From Trichosphaerium sp. ATCC 40318 (Eukaryota; Protista; Tubulinea), in contig JALMLS010000455.1 of NCBI GenBank assembly GCA_038496445.1, positions 434,001-498,000 of the forward strand: DNA of 64,000 nucleotides, in the 5' to 3' direction. Below the pieces are notes generated by a model that worked only from the letters and a program-made list of their open reading frames with translations, ran no database searches and was not told where the DNA came from. The position numbers and the translations under genes were made by a program. The stretch's first letter is position 1; each line of letters begins with the position of its first letter. This document shows positions 1 to 12,247 of the stretch, piece after piece.

Positions 1-99
1 TTTCAAGTACTACTGGCTTATTACACTGAAAATGTTTATGTAGTATTACCGCATATTCGTGTCATTCAAGTATTTACATAGGGTTTTTGTACTAAGATA

Positions 100-2431
100 T
101 CACGCAGCGCCAAGAAGTAAAGGTAATCTAGGTTTCCCGTTTTCTGTAATTTCTTGACATTTGAAACGAATTTTTGATCCGATTTCAGGTCGTGAGGGTA
201 GTGTTACACCTCTACTAATTACAAAATCTACATTCTCACTTGTTTTACATAATAAACATCCTAACAAAACATCAACAAACTTCAGACCAGGCTTTTTTTT
301 TGAAGAACAATTTTCTGACAAAAAAATCTGAAATGTATGGCATAAAAAACACTTACCAACATGATTTGTAGTTGTTCCATATCCAGTAACTGTAGCAATA
401 CTTTCAATAAATATTTTTACCTTAAGAAGTTTATGTGTACGACCAGTAGCGTATCTATAAAGATAATTAAAAAATGAGTCAGTATTCAAAAAAAAGATTT
501 AAAGAAAGCAAACATTTTGAAATCATTCACTCTCACACCTTCTCTTCTTCCCCACACCCTTTAAAATATCGGTTTTGAAATAAAATACAATGTGTGGTAA
601 TACACAAGTATACAACAAAGGAAATACAAGGAAGGAAAGGGAAGTGAATGATAAAGAAGAAAAAAAGAGGAAAAAGTTACGAACAGTGTTCTTGGTTTGC
701 TCAGCATTAAACCTTCTCCTCCTTTCTTTTCTATTTCTTTCAGCATTACTCTAACATGATCATTATCTTCTGCTTTTTTATGGTCTACCATTGTAATATG
801 TGAGTCACATGGCTCTAAAACTTGTTTAAGATATTTCATCCTGTGTTCGAATAGTAGATCCGCTTTTGGGCAATCAAACACTTTGTATTCGATACAAGAC
901 CAAAGATCGGCTAAAAAATAGTGAATACACAGTGTCAAACGATCAAAAAAGTTGTTATTTTTCTTGTAAGTGAAAGGCACAAGTCACAGCAAAAACTTTT
1001 GTTGAAAAGATAGTTGTGTGCAAAGAAAGTGCGCTTTCAGGTTGTTTAAACTTTCTCAAATCGCTTGCCTTTCACTACAAAGTAAAGGACGCATTTTACA
1101 AAGAAAAACCGTGAGGTGGCTGCAAATGGAAAATAAACTGTTTGAAACAAACGAATAAAAAACAAGATTTGATTATAACTTACAGCGTCTATTCATAACG
1201 ATGTTAGACGTTGAGTAGAACTTTCCTGGTCCACCATATAGCTCTCCATCAAGGTGATCATTTGGTAGAGTCTCAGTAAACCAATCAGGAGAAGAAAGTT
1301 TTTTACCACAACGTGATACAAGCGACCTTACAGATTAAAAAATAAGAAAAAAAATAAACTAGATCCTTTGTGACGCTTACTTTCCATCCCAATAAGCCCT
1401 GACGCCATCATATTTTTCAGAAACCCACCAACCAGTTACATCTTTAACACCATCCCACTATGTCGAAGTAAGTAATGACAACAAGAGGAGAGAAAGTATT
1501 ATATGCTTACTACTTTAGCCAACATTAACTCCGGTGCATCTGATGATCGAGTATTCTCAGGTGATATAGTTGACCAGTCTTCGAATGGATATAAGTTAGC
1601 TAATGCTCTGTAGAGAGAGTGATTATATCTAAGATCATTATTGAGAGATAGGAGGTATAGAACAGGAGAAAGAAGAAAAAAAAGAAAAAAAGAAGAAAAA
1701 AAGAGAAATTTGTTTTTATTTTTTCTCAAAAGAAACACACGCGTACTGCCTAAAAAATGCGCTGCCAACATCTTCAATATCTTCAGGTAGAATATTTTTA
1801 AAATCAGAGAGAGTTTTGACTTCCAAAAAACGAGCTATGGTTGATCCTAGATACTGTTTTTGGTTGTCTAGATCGTCCCAATACCCTCTCGGTACCTTAT
1901 CAAATGATTATGTTGATATATAAGATAAACTTCGCGCATACCTGACTAGAAAATCATAAATACGTGAAATCTTGTAAAAATTAACGTAATTTCGCAAAAA
2001 CTTTCATTTCAAAAACTGAACTTATCTCGGGGTATTGTTACTAGCGTTACACGTACCTGAATAGTGTGGGGTCCCATTCAAAATGACAAAACACAGATCT
2101 TAAGAGCAGCAGAGGAGAACGGTTATACCAAAGCAAATGTCAGTTTGAGTGGTCATTAAATGACTAACGAGCGCCGTGGAGCGTTGTTAATATAGTGTAA
2201 TTCGCGGTACCTGGATAGTAAGCCAGAACCTCCGTTACGCTCTAAAGCGGTTACAGTAAGCTTATAGAAATCGTCTATAGTCTTGTAGTTGAGTTCTGGT
2301 GCTATTTCTTCGGTCAAGTATTCGTGCTGGTCCTTTAATGTCCCCCAATCTGATATTTTTTTGAATGAGTCCAATGCTCTGACCTTTGTGGCGCGTTTTA
2401 CTCGCTGTTTGTAACCAGGTATTCTTTTCAT
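100..2431 (-). CDS. Small ATP-dependent DNA ligase (adenylation + OB domains) with two N-terminal W-x-rich helical repeats; multi-exon
   Basis: Spliced exons give WWVSEKYDGVRAYWDG (motif I KxDG), LDGELY, YKVFD, EGLML, LLKVK and GKPRLP. The N-terminus has two ~65-aa repeats (DWGTLKDQHEYL...GGSGLLSRYNRS...FEW and GYWDDLDNQKQYL...RQYNHSLYRALANLYPFEDW). Confidence 0.85.
1942..1945 (-). other. 4-nt microexon (TCAG) of the ligase gene
   Basis: Minus strand reads ...ttttctag|TCAG|gtatgc. It joins a phase-2 donor (TTC AG) to a phase-0 acceptor (GTA CCG AGA GGG TAT TGG), giving F-S-Q-V-P-R-G-Y-W. Confidence 0.7.
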
Positions 2432-2540
2432 TCTTTCTATACACTATCACAAACATGTGAATAATACTGGGCGTCTGCGCATACTTGTAAAAATAATAAC
2501 TGACGGCAAACTGTTTAAGTCAGAACAACGGCGGAATACA

Positions 2541-3832
2541 ATGGAGAGCGCTCCTAACCCCATTTTCGAGCGCACAGTGTCGTATTACCACATGAAAAAA
2601 GTATTCATAGTCAGCGTATCATAATTTACAAACAACTGCTAGTCCTGGCAAGTGGTGCGCATTATGCTTGATTTCTACTGCCCAATGTATGGTGTGCCAC
2701 CAGAAAAACTCAATAAGGTACGATTCTTTCTAACGCTCTTGATATCCACTAAAAACGCGTTTGAATGGTGCCATAAGCCTCCGATATCAAAATTATAACG
2801 GACTGACATTAACAGCTTGTTCCCATACTATACTACGTGGAATGCGTAGTTTATGACATGGACAAAGCCGTGGAGGACGGACAGCAAAGGTGAGCCGCTT
2901 TCCGAGTGTCACGCCAAAACCAAAAAAACAGATCTGAAAAATCCTCCATTGGGCGTAGTTCCTCTTATACTTCTTACGAATTTACTCAGTGATAAACATG
3001 TGTCGCTACAGGGTGAAATTGATCGGTTAGAAAGTGTCCTAGAGACTGAGAATCTCCTGTGTGATGCAGTGAAAGAAGAGATAAAACAATTAGTGTCTTA
3101 CTTTAATTTGGAAACTGACATTGTCATCGCCTCAAAGAAGCACGTAACTAATCAGGTACTATATAATAGTATCATTTCTGTTGACTGGTAGTAAAGGATA
3201 TCCTCGAATATACCCTTGAAGACGTGAAAAAAGCATGGAAACTGAGAAGTTCAGATTTTAGGATTTTGGCTGCTATTATACTTCAATTTGTTGATTTGGA
3301 ACCAAATCCTTCATATGCCACAGTATTAGACAGTCTCTACTTATGGATAGGTATCAATATTTTATCTTTTTGAGCTAGCACGCTTAGTTGTGTCAAAGGA
3401 ATAGAAAAAACAAACTTTTGTTGTCAAGCTCATTTATTTGGCGATTTTGCTTAACCCTGTTTTAGAAGTTGCATCTGATGTACCTGATGTTCTCAAAGAC
3501 TTTGAAGCAAATCAATTCAATACATTTAATCTTTATCATCAAATGTATGGAGACAAGTGGCAAGCCAAATTACAAGAAGAGCTGCTTCAAGTACGTAACA
3601 AAAAGTATAATGTAAAATTGTTGTTTTTTGGTTCCTATTAGCACAGATGTCAACTTTGTTGACGTGTACGTAGATTAAAACGACAACAGAAGAGCTTATA
3701 GCTAAGACACCAATAAAGATGATTTTATTTCAGCTTTGCAGACAATGGTGGGGTCGCGTGCCTTTGCCTTTACCACCAATAGAAACCTTGAAAGCCATTA
3801 AAAAATCAAGTAGTAACAAAAGTAAAAAGTAA
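2541..3832 (+). CDS. Uncharacterised all-alpha protein (possibly isoprenoid-synthase-like fold); multi-exon
   Basis: GT-AG exons join into one ORF: MESAPNPIF...LRSSDFRIL...EVASDVPDVLKDFEANQFNTFNLYHQMYG...SKK*. Confidence 0.65.
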
Positions 3833-4379
3833 AAAACAGCTTTCACATGTAGAATAAAAACTTAGATCTATCGACAAATGCCGTTGTAGGAAACTTCAGA
3901 GATAGGGTGAGTAGGTTAGTACCAACACGTTACCAGCCGGCGAGATTCGTACACATCTTACACGGAGCATTAAAATCCCGGAGTTAAAGAATAATGTTAA
4001 GGTAAAGTAATAGTGCATTTCTTGGGCTACGTACTTTGTTGACTACCTCTCTTTCCTTTCTAGTGACAAGTCTGTGCTTGTTATTTTGTCTTTAAAGAGC
4101 TTCTCATAACGCGGGGAACTGCTATTTACAACTGCCAAGATTAAAGCTCATAAGGAAACTTCAGTGTTTTCACACAAAAACTTGAAAAAGGTGTCTGCAA
4201 AAAACAGCCTATCTCGCGACAGGCTATTGCATAATGGTTGAAGCTTAACAAAAGTGTCTACGCACTAGGCTGTTACATATAAAACAACAAAGTACTTGGC
4301 AGTGACTAGGTGATGTGGCTAAATAATGTGTTTACATTGATGTAACTTAGTTAGTGCAATTCATTGAACTCCCAAAAGA

Positions 4380-4790
4380 ATGGGTGGAACTGTAACGAGA
4401 CAACAACTGAGCGAAGGCTGGGAAAATGGAAGCTCACTACCTGACCGTATGGAAATTTGGACTAGCCGCACAAAACCTCATCAACTATATGCTGTAATGG
4501 ACGAGACTGGGCGCGTGTTCGAAAATGGCCGTGCAGAACCGTTTTGTTGCGGTTTTGTTAATAATAAGGGCGAAGTTTTTCAAGCAAACGTGCAAAGGCT
4601 CAAAGTTGGTAGAGTGGACCTGTCTACAGGCATAATCTACAATCACCACAACAAAAAAGCGGCAGTTTGTAGTAAAGACGGACAAGTGACTTCATATTTG
4701 ATGAACCCGCCGACAGTGCTCGGCTACGTCCGCGGACCACCAGAGGGCTATTATTTGGCAGGAGCAGCGTTGGCAATTCTTTGGTCTTGA
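4380..4790 (+). CDS. Hypothetical protein, single exon, hydrophobic C-terminus
   Basis: 136-aa ATG ORF with higher GC than its flanks, ending YYLAGAALAILWS. Confidence 0.6.
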   Translation: MGGTVTRQQLSEGWENGSSLPDRMEIWTSRTKPHQLYAVMDETGRVFENGRAEPFCCGFVNNKGEVFQANVQRLKVGRVDLSTGIIYNHHNKKAAVCSKDGQVTSYLMNPPTVLGYVRGPPEGYYLAGAALAILWS

Positions 4791-5224
4791 CCAATTCTGT
4801 TTCCCAGATCTGAATACATTTCTGTCCTTTGTTCGTCCTTCATGAACGCATCTATAGCGCTTTATTTAGCCACATAGAGGCATTCATAGAAAAACCATAC
4901 ACTACAGAAGTAGTTCCATGTTGGAAATAAAAAAAGAAGATTCCATAAAATTATCATGAAAACACGTGTCATGTTTACCTGTTGACTCACCTCTATCATT
5001 TTCAACAACATGTTTGTAACAAAAAGTGTTCACGATGCATCACAATTAAAAATCTAAACGCGAGGTTGTGACTACGTTATACGTCTTTTTCGGAGTATTC
5101 TGTAGCACCTCTGTAGCAACCTAGAGCAGTATCTACTCAAAAGAGAGAAGCGACATCTTATTCAATTAAGCCAACCGTATTTTGGATCCTATTTTTCAGA
5201 TTGCTATCTGGGTCATAACATCGC

Positions 5225-8200
5225 ATGTTCAGAACAGTAGGCCTCGTTTTATTATCCCTACATATTTGTTGGTGTATCAACATACCCAGCGTTGGTGGTA
5301 CGTGGTTTCCTCGTAATTCTGTTCATCTTTTTCTAAAACATTCCGAAAACATATCTAAAGCGACTTGTAGCTCCTGCTATTGATGGTACACGAAGAAATC
5401 TTGGACACGACTCCTACGGAGCGGCGCATACGCCTCTTAGACGCGTAGGTGGCGAGCCTGTATATTCTGATGGTAATAACGCTGTTTCTTCTTGCTTTTT
5501 GTTTTTGCGCTTGGTTTGCTACACGTGGTTTTTCGCGTTTTTGATTACGCGACTTCTAACTGTTTGATTAAGGATACCAAGAATTCCGTAGATCCACTGT
5601 CAACGATAATGAACTTCCGTCTCCACGTGAGATTTCCGAAAGGCACGCTTTTTGTTTTGTAGTTTTTTTACTTTTTTTTCCATTGGCGTTTGCGTGATGC
5701 TACTACCGACAGTTTATTGAAACAAAATATGGAAGTGGCCTACTTTGTGGTTGCCACAATTAAAGTAAATTTATTCATATCACTTTGTTAGCTTTTAAAA
5801 AATCTACAGTGGCAACGTGGTTTTTGTTTACCAAACTATAAGAATTGCGAAAGTTTTTTGTTTCGTTTTTCGAAGTTAACGCCTATTTCGCTAACTAGCT
5901 TCTAGAATCTTTGGACAAAACCTCCTCGAGGCTACAAAGTCTGTAGACAATACTGGAAGAAATCTTCTACTTGGTTCGTTGTGAACAAATAATTATTATT
6001 GTATAACTTATTTGTACAAGGTTACTTCGGACAGATGCTTGATCACGATATTACTCTAACAAAGGAAAATCATGATGATGCAAAGCCTTTCTCTATACCT
6101 GATAATGACAGATTTTACGATCCTTTCAACACAGGTACAAGAAAGACACTAAAAACATAGGAATAATTTGTGTTTGAAAAAAAAAACGTTTTTGTCTTTC
6201 AAACTCACGTGTTCTGAAGTAAATTGAAAACCTAATGATTATTTTAGGAAACGTAATATCCGAGCATCCTTTCTCTCGTTCCGAGACTATTGAAGGTTCT
6301 GGTACAGATAGTTCAAATCCAAGACGATTCGATAACTTCATTACTGCATGGATTGATGCTAGTTTTGTATATGGATCAAGTGAAGAAGAGGTCAGTAGAT
6401 TACGAGACGATAATGGTGAACTTTTACATGGCGCCAAGGTACGGCTGTTTGTTGAATAGAAAAGGAGTTCGTTACTTATTTTTCCTGCAATGTTTTTATA
6501 TTGATCTTCTTTAAACTAGTTTCCTGGTGATGGTGTTTATGATGAGGAGGGCTATTTGCTACCTCACGGTTTGTTGCCTATGGATAATCCACGTGGATCC
6601 GCTACCAATGACGACATGATGGCAGCCGGTAAGCAATGCAGTTGTACTTTTCGATTTTTTAACAAAAATCGTTTTTAGGTGATATCCGCTGTAATGAAAA
6701 TCCTGTCCTTGCTTCTTTGCATACTGTTTTCTTTAGAGAACATAATAGAAAGGTCAAAGGTACGCCTCACATTCCAATCCTAATTATTTAAACAAAAACC
6801 ATGCTCACTTTGTATCAAAATTAGAAATGACTGAAAAGGGTGAATGTTCTGGTAGCGACGAATGCTTTGATAAAGCAAGATTATGGGTTGGTGCATTAGT
6901 TCAGGTACTATTCTTTTAAAGTGAAAAAAAATCAAAAATTATGAAAGGTCACGTGTCTTGGAACACGCTAAAACGTTTTCACGTGAAAAAAAAGTTTGAC
7001 GCAAATCTGATATTTCCTTTTCCCATTTCACTTTTGTATTGACTGTACGTAGTCTATTGTTGTCAGCGAATACCTTCCTGCTCTTTTTGGAAGAGATGAT
7101 CCTTTGGGTGCTTACACAGGTTACAAAGAAGATGTAGATCCTGCAATTGCCATTGGTATCCTTCTACGCCCCTTTGCGTTTATACTATTTTTACTTTTAT
7201 ACCTTGAGTACTCTTTAATCCTTGACTTTATCTTCAAGCTTTCAGTACTGCTACTTTCAGATTTGGTACGACAAAGATTGTTTACACCTAAATTTTATAA
7301 TAAAGGGTTTTTTTTGATTTGTTTCGTAGGTCACTCACAGATTAGCGGTTTGATCCCTAACCTTGGACATGGTGGTAAAAATTTGGGTGGTCTATTGCTC
7401 AGAGATACATACTTTATGCCTAGTGTTGTTGATGAAAGAGTATGTGGGAGCAATACAAGAGTTTTTTCTTACTTTTTTCAAGGGTATCTCCGGTATTCTC
7501 CGTGGTGTTATGAATGCTCCTGTTGAAGAATTTGATCATTTAGCTGTTGGAGATCTGAGAAACAGTCTCTTTAGCTTACATAGTGGTGGTCTCGGTCAAG
7601 ATTTGATCTCCAGAAACATTAACGTACGTACAAGCAACAAACAAAAGAAATAAAGTCATCTCACCTCTGTTTTAAAGCGTGGTCGCGATCACGGTATTCT
7701 CACATACGCTATGGCTAGAGAATACTTCTTGAACGAACAATACACTTCATTGGATGATTACATGTCTGATGAACAACAATACTTGAAAGACGAAGTTCGT
7801 GACATCTATGAATCAGAAAGAGACATTGATTTATTCTTGGGCATGTTCCTTGATAAAAAGACTTCTAATTATTCGTACGAACCTTTACTTCTAAAGCTAG
7901 CTCATCCAACACACCATATTCGCGAATTCTCACGTGAATTATTAGGGTCTTTGGTGACTTACTCGAAGAAATGGTTTCTGAACAGTTCAGACGTCTCAGA
8001 GACTCTGATTTCTACTGGTATGCTAACGCAGGTACGCAATCAAAGCAATTACAAGCAACTAGATGTTCTTGTTTCCTCGCAACTTGTGAAGTTGAAGCCG
8101 GCTTACGTATTTGTTAGATAATGGTATCTTTGACGCAAATGAGAGAAGTCTCATTGAAAATACAAAACTTGTAGATATTATCATTCGAAACACCAACATT

Positions 8201-8520
8201 CGAAGAAAGGAGGTTCCTCAATACTCATTCTTCTTTGGACGTCCAGTCCGTCAACCAACACCAAATGATCTTCCTATTGTTATTTGTGATTACGGTCATC
8301 TAGATGATGAAAATAACGTCTGCAGGTACCTTATAACCCATCCGCTAAACCACAACAAGAAAAACCAAAGAAACTTACCAAAGCGCGTAGATGTATTGAT
8401 GGTTCTGATTGCAAATGTGATATGACTAACCGCAACGGAGACTGTGATTGTGGTAAAGCTCATAAATGCCAAGCAACCACTTCTGAGGGTAGAATACTCG
8501 GCGGATCAGCTCAAGTGTAA
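5225..8520 (+). CDS. Secreted animal-type heme peroxidase (peroxinectin-like) with Cys-rich C-terminal tail
   Basis: Signal peptide followed by LPSPREIS, YFGQMLDHDIT (distal Q/D/H), ITAWIDASFVYGS, GDIRCNENP, FREHN, AFSTATFRFGHS (proximal His), RGRDHG and QFRRLRDSD across about 14 exons. Confidence 0.92.
7156..7238 (+). other. U12-type (minor spliceosome) GT-AG intron
   Basis: Donor GTATCCTT. Branch TCCTTGAC at 7219-7226, 12 nt before the AG end. Removal restores IAIAFSTATFRFGH. Confidence 0.85.
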
Positions 8521-9304
8521 GAACAACTTCTTGTATTATACCATTCATTCCTATTGACCCTTTTTTAAGTGTATTGGCTCTTTACGGTGGCGATTCTGAG
8601 GTTCATTGCGAAAATGCTATGTCTTGTACTTGTTCCACACTCTCAAGCACAAATAACAGGGTACACGTTTGCGTGCTCTTTTCTTTTTTTTCTCATCTTG
8701 TTTTAGGGTATCTGTTATAAACAAGGAGCAGTTGCTTTCGATTGTTTGAGCCCTACCAGAGCTCAATGCGTAAGAAGCTAAAACAGTTAAAAGGTGTACA
8801 TACAAAACGCACAACAACGATTTAAATAAAACAAAACTTTTTAGCCCTTTACGTATTAAACCTATCACAAAGTCGTAATACTGTAAGCTCTTCATATTGT
8901 AGAATGGCTTCCGAAGCTAGCGTATTAGATACGATCCAAAAAGGCGCCGTTGGCAACGCTCGTCATTAACTCGGAAGTATTCCAACTTGCTTGATGGAAG
9001 TCTCAAAGAGATGGACATTGTAAAGGAGTTACGGAAGTTCGCTTGGCGCGTCCATGCATTATAAACTAAGTCGACGCAAATTGGACGTATTGGGCACGTG
9101 TATCTTTCACTTATAATTAAATAAATCATTGTTTTTGAGGGAAATCTCGTATCGTTTTTAAACCTCATCACGGCAATGCGGAGAGCTAGGTAGTAAGTTC
9201 TTTTTTTGGTGCGGGGCGACGTGGCTTAATACAAGGCGAACGCAATAAGGTACAAATAAAGAGTCGTTAAGTTTTTGTACAACAAACACCTCAACTCTTC
9301 TGGT

Positions 9305-10734
9305 ATGGTTAAAATTGCTTCGTACGAAACTGAATTTGCCGAAAACTACAACAAAAACGGACAAGCACAACCTTTGCACTGGTACGGAGTTCAAAGAAAA
9401 GAAAGCCCATCTAATCAGTACGCCAATTCATTTTAACCGCAATTAGGGTTGTAAGAGGAACTCCCTTCGCACTCACTCTAGCACGTACAAACGCCGGTGA
9501 TTGGAACGTAAAATGCTCTCTGGTATTGGCTAAAGATCATTCAGCTGTCCCAGTGCTCGAAAAGCAGCCTTTGACGTATTCTGTTTTGGACCAGAGGAGA
9601 AACGCACAGAACGCGACAGTTACCTGCAAGATACATGTTCTAAGCAGCCAATTGAACAACTCGTTCTTTAAGATTAAAGTCACCGTCGTAAACGAAGCAA
9701 CTGGAAAAACAGAGGAAACATTCACCCAGGCAATTAAATCAGTCTCAAAACCGGCTCAAATCCGCCGAAGAAAACAAGAGTACGCCTTTTTTTTCTTTTT
9801 TTTTCGTTTTTTTTTTGAAGTGAATTTATCAAATATCTGACCGCGGTGATATCCTATTATTACGTTTCGCTTTATTGGTATAACCAGAATAGCATGACGC
9901 GAGCCGGAACTTTTCTTAGGCGACGCCGCAAAAAAAACCTTTTTTTGAACTTGAATTATTTTTGAAACTTCCCGCAAAACCTGAAAAGAATTTCACCAAA
10001 ACACCTAAATTACCTTGATAAATGATAATTTACCGTATTTATCTTGGTCGTAAATTTTGAAATAATCTATTTAGAGTTTGAATTGTCTAACGTCTTTTTA
10101 TAGGCTTGAAAACCCTGGTTTACATAAGCGTGGTGTAAAACGAGCACGATCAGAGGATGTTTTCGCAAGTCTACAAGAAATTAAAAAGCAACAAGAAACC
10201 CAAATGGAAATACTCAAAAAAATTTTAAATAACCAACCAATTGGTGCTATTAATCCAGTAATGGCAACCGCACTACAACCAGATATGCCTCGGCTTAAAA
10301 GAGTGAAAAAGGAGTCAGAAGAAACAAGCCACTTTGTACAAAGCATGCCTTTAGAAGATGATCTACCTGCGCTTGAACGTACCTCTAATATTCCATTTGG
10401 CCTAGTCGTTGGTGGGTACGGGATGGGTAAGTCAAGCGAACAACTTTCTTTTTCAGCACGCAGCGATTTTGATAGTGCTTTTCACAACTTCCTTTACGCT
10501 TGGCAAAGCACACCACCTGAAGAGCGACCACGTAAACTAAGGAGACTGGTCATGAATGAGGGCGTTCGCGACGTACGTGATATTGTGGAAACAATGGCAA
10601 CTTCAATCGAGGCAAAGACATCAGAACAGGTGTGCCTATGTACGAGATGTCCGTACAAGCGTCAAGTAGCGGAATTCGATGGGGCTGTTGCAACATTCCT
10701 TCAAACTGGCGCGGAAGACTATTCCACGCTCTAA
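9305..10734 (+). CDS. CudA-like transcription factor (start codon uncertain)
   Basis: WVVRGTPF, PLTY, KIHVLSSQ..FFKI and IKSVSKP resemble the amoebozoan CudA DNA-binding region. C-terminal EERPRKLRRL. Two introns. Confidence 0.75.
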
Positions 10735-11689
10735 AAAGTGCGCTTGTTGGATGTCAGTGCTTATTTTATTGGGGGAAACCTTGTTTTGGCCCGTCCTTTT
10801 CTTTTTTTTCTGTTTTTTCGCTTTTTTTGAATTTCTCTGTTTTTCATCAAGTTTTTTGAAATCTTTTCTAGAGAGGCTTGTTGTAGAACTTGGAATTCGA
10901 AAATTTTGAAGAGAAAAAGGAAAAGGCCCAAGAAACATTATTTTTGTAAAAACCTTAGCGCTGACCTCTCCTTCACCTTAATCCGGGAAAAAACTTTTTT
11001 TTTTTCCGCTCTTTCTCTCCTTTCCCCTCCTTTTTTTTTTGAAATATAAAGGGCTCGTTAATGACGTAGGACCACTCGCCTTGATCGATCAACAACAGCC
11101 CACTCACACTTCGCTGCTTGCGCCGTAGAATAAAAATAACAAATGTAAAATAAAAAAAAAACAAAAGTATTATAAAACCCAAAAACCCAAACAAAACAGC
11201 GTCAGTTATCTTGATTGTTCTTAAGATTATCTTTATCATTCACAGGATCACGTAGTCGGATCTGCGTAGAGTAGTCAAAGCAACTGGTACGTTGCTAGGC
11301 TTGATAAGAGCAACGGTGTACAGTTAGGAGATGCTCAAGATTATGTAGGAAACATACCGTCTGCACGCGGATTCCGAATACTCTGGCTTGTTACAAACCA
11401 AAATTTTTCAGCAAATAACTAAGAAGGACGCTCCGCAAGCGATTGAAGCCAAACATTGTGACTACGTGGTAGAAGCGCTACATTTCCTGTGTCATTGTTT
11501 ACGCACCGCTTGGCACCAACTAGTGATGGCGAGTGTACTACGAAGCCGACTGTCGAGATGCCAAGAGTAGAAAAAAGCGTGTTGGTTTTTTGAAATTGTT
11601 TCGTAATTCTCGTCGCCACATTCGCCAACAAAGTTGTGAGGTTATAAAATGGTCTAGTGGGTTTATTGCAGTGTTGTGTTTTGACATTT

Positions 11690-12164
11690 TTATACATTGC
11701 TAACCAAGCGAAGTAATAGGTCTTGTACTTTAGATTTGTTTTCGTTAATTTGCTCTCCTATTTTGACGATGTCTTCTTCAGTTTGCTTCCTTATTTTCTT
11801 TTGGTGTTCGTCTGTACCTGCCATGTGCTAAACGTAGTGAGAATACTGTATTTATTGCTATTTCAATGACAATAGCGCTTGTTAAACGTTCTTTTTTTTT
11901 TTTTTTTGTTCAAACAACTACACTCAGTATACGTACGATCTTCTTGTACTCTTGAAACTGTTCCATCCTCTCGTTTTTATATTTCTCTATTTCACGCTGT
12001 GCTTCCTCCTTGGCTTGACGTAGGAGTTGAATACGCTCTAAAACGACTTATTATTATTGTAGAATAAAGGTCCAAGTACTTTTGCGGGCATCATCGATGA
12101 CCTCGCGAGCGTCTTTCTCAGCTTCCATAAGCATAGACAAGCCTGTATTCGAATCAAGTGACAT
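11690..12164 (-). CDS. vatG: V-type ATPase subunit G
   Basis: Three exons, absent from the ORF track: MSLDSNTGLSMLMEAEKDAREVIDDARK-KRIQLLRQAKEEAQREIEKYKNER...KSKVQDLLLRLVSNV*. Confidence 0.9.
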
Positions 12165-12247
12165 AATGTAGTTCTTGTGGGGTTTGTAATATTTTTTTGA
12201 ACCGCCTTAGAAGTTGATTAAGCCTTTTGTAAAGAAACTTTAACAAC

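Noticed and set aside
3352-3465. Intron with GTATCA donor and GCTTAAC branch as a further U12 candidate
   Set aside because: The donor lacks the diagnostic CC at +5/+6.
11330-11410. Loose resemblance to the 5' end of U12 or U2 snRNA
   Set aside because: The branch-pairing sequence and Sm site do not match well enough to call.
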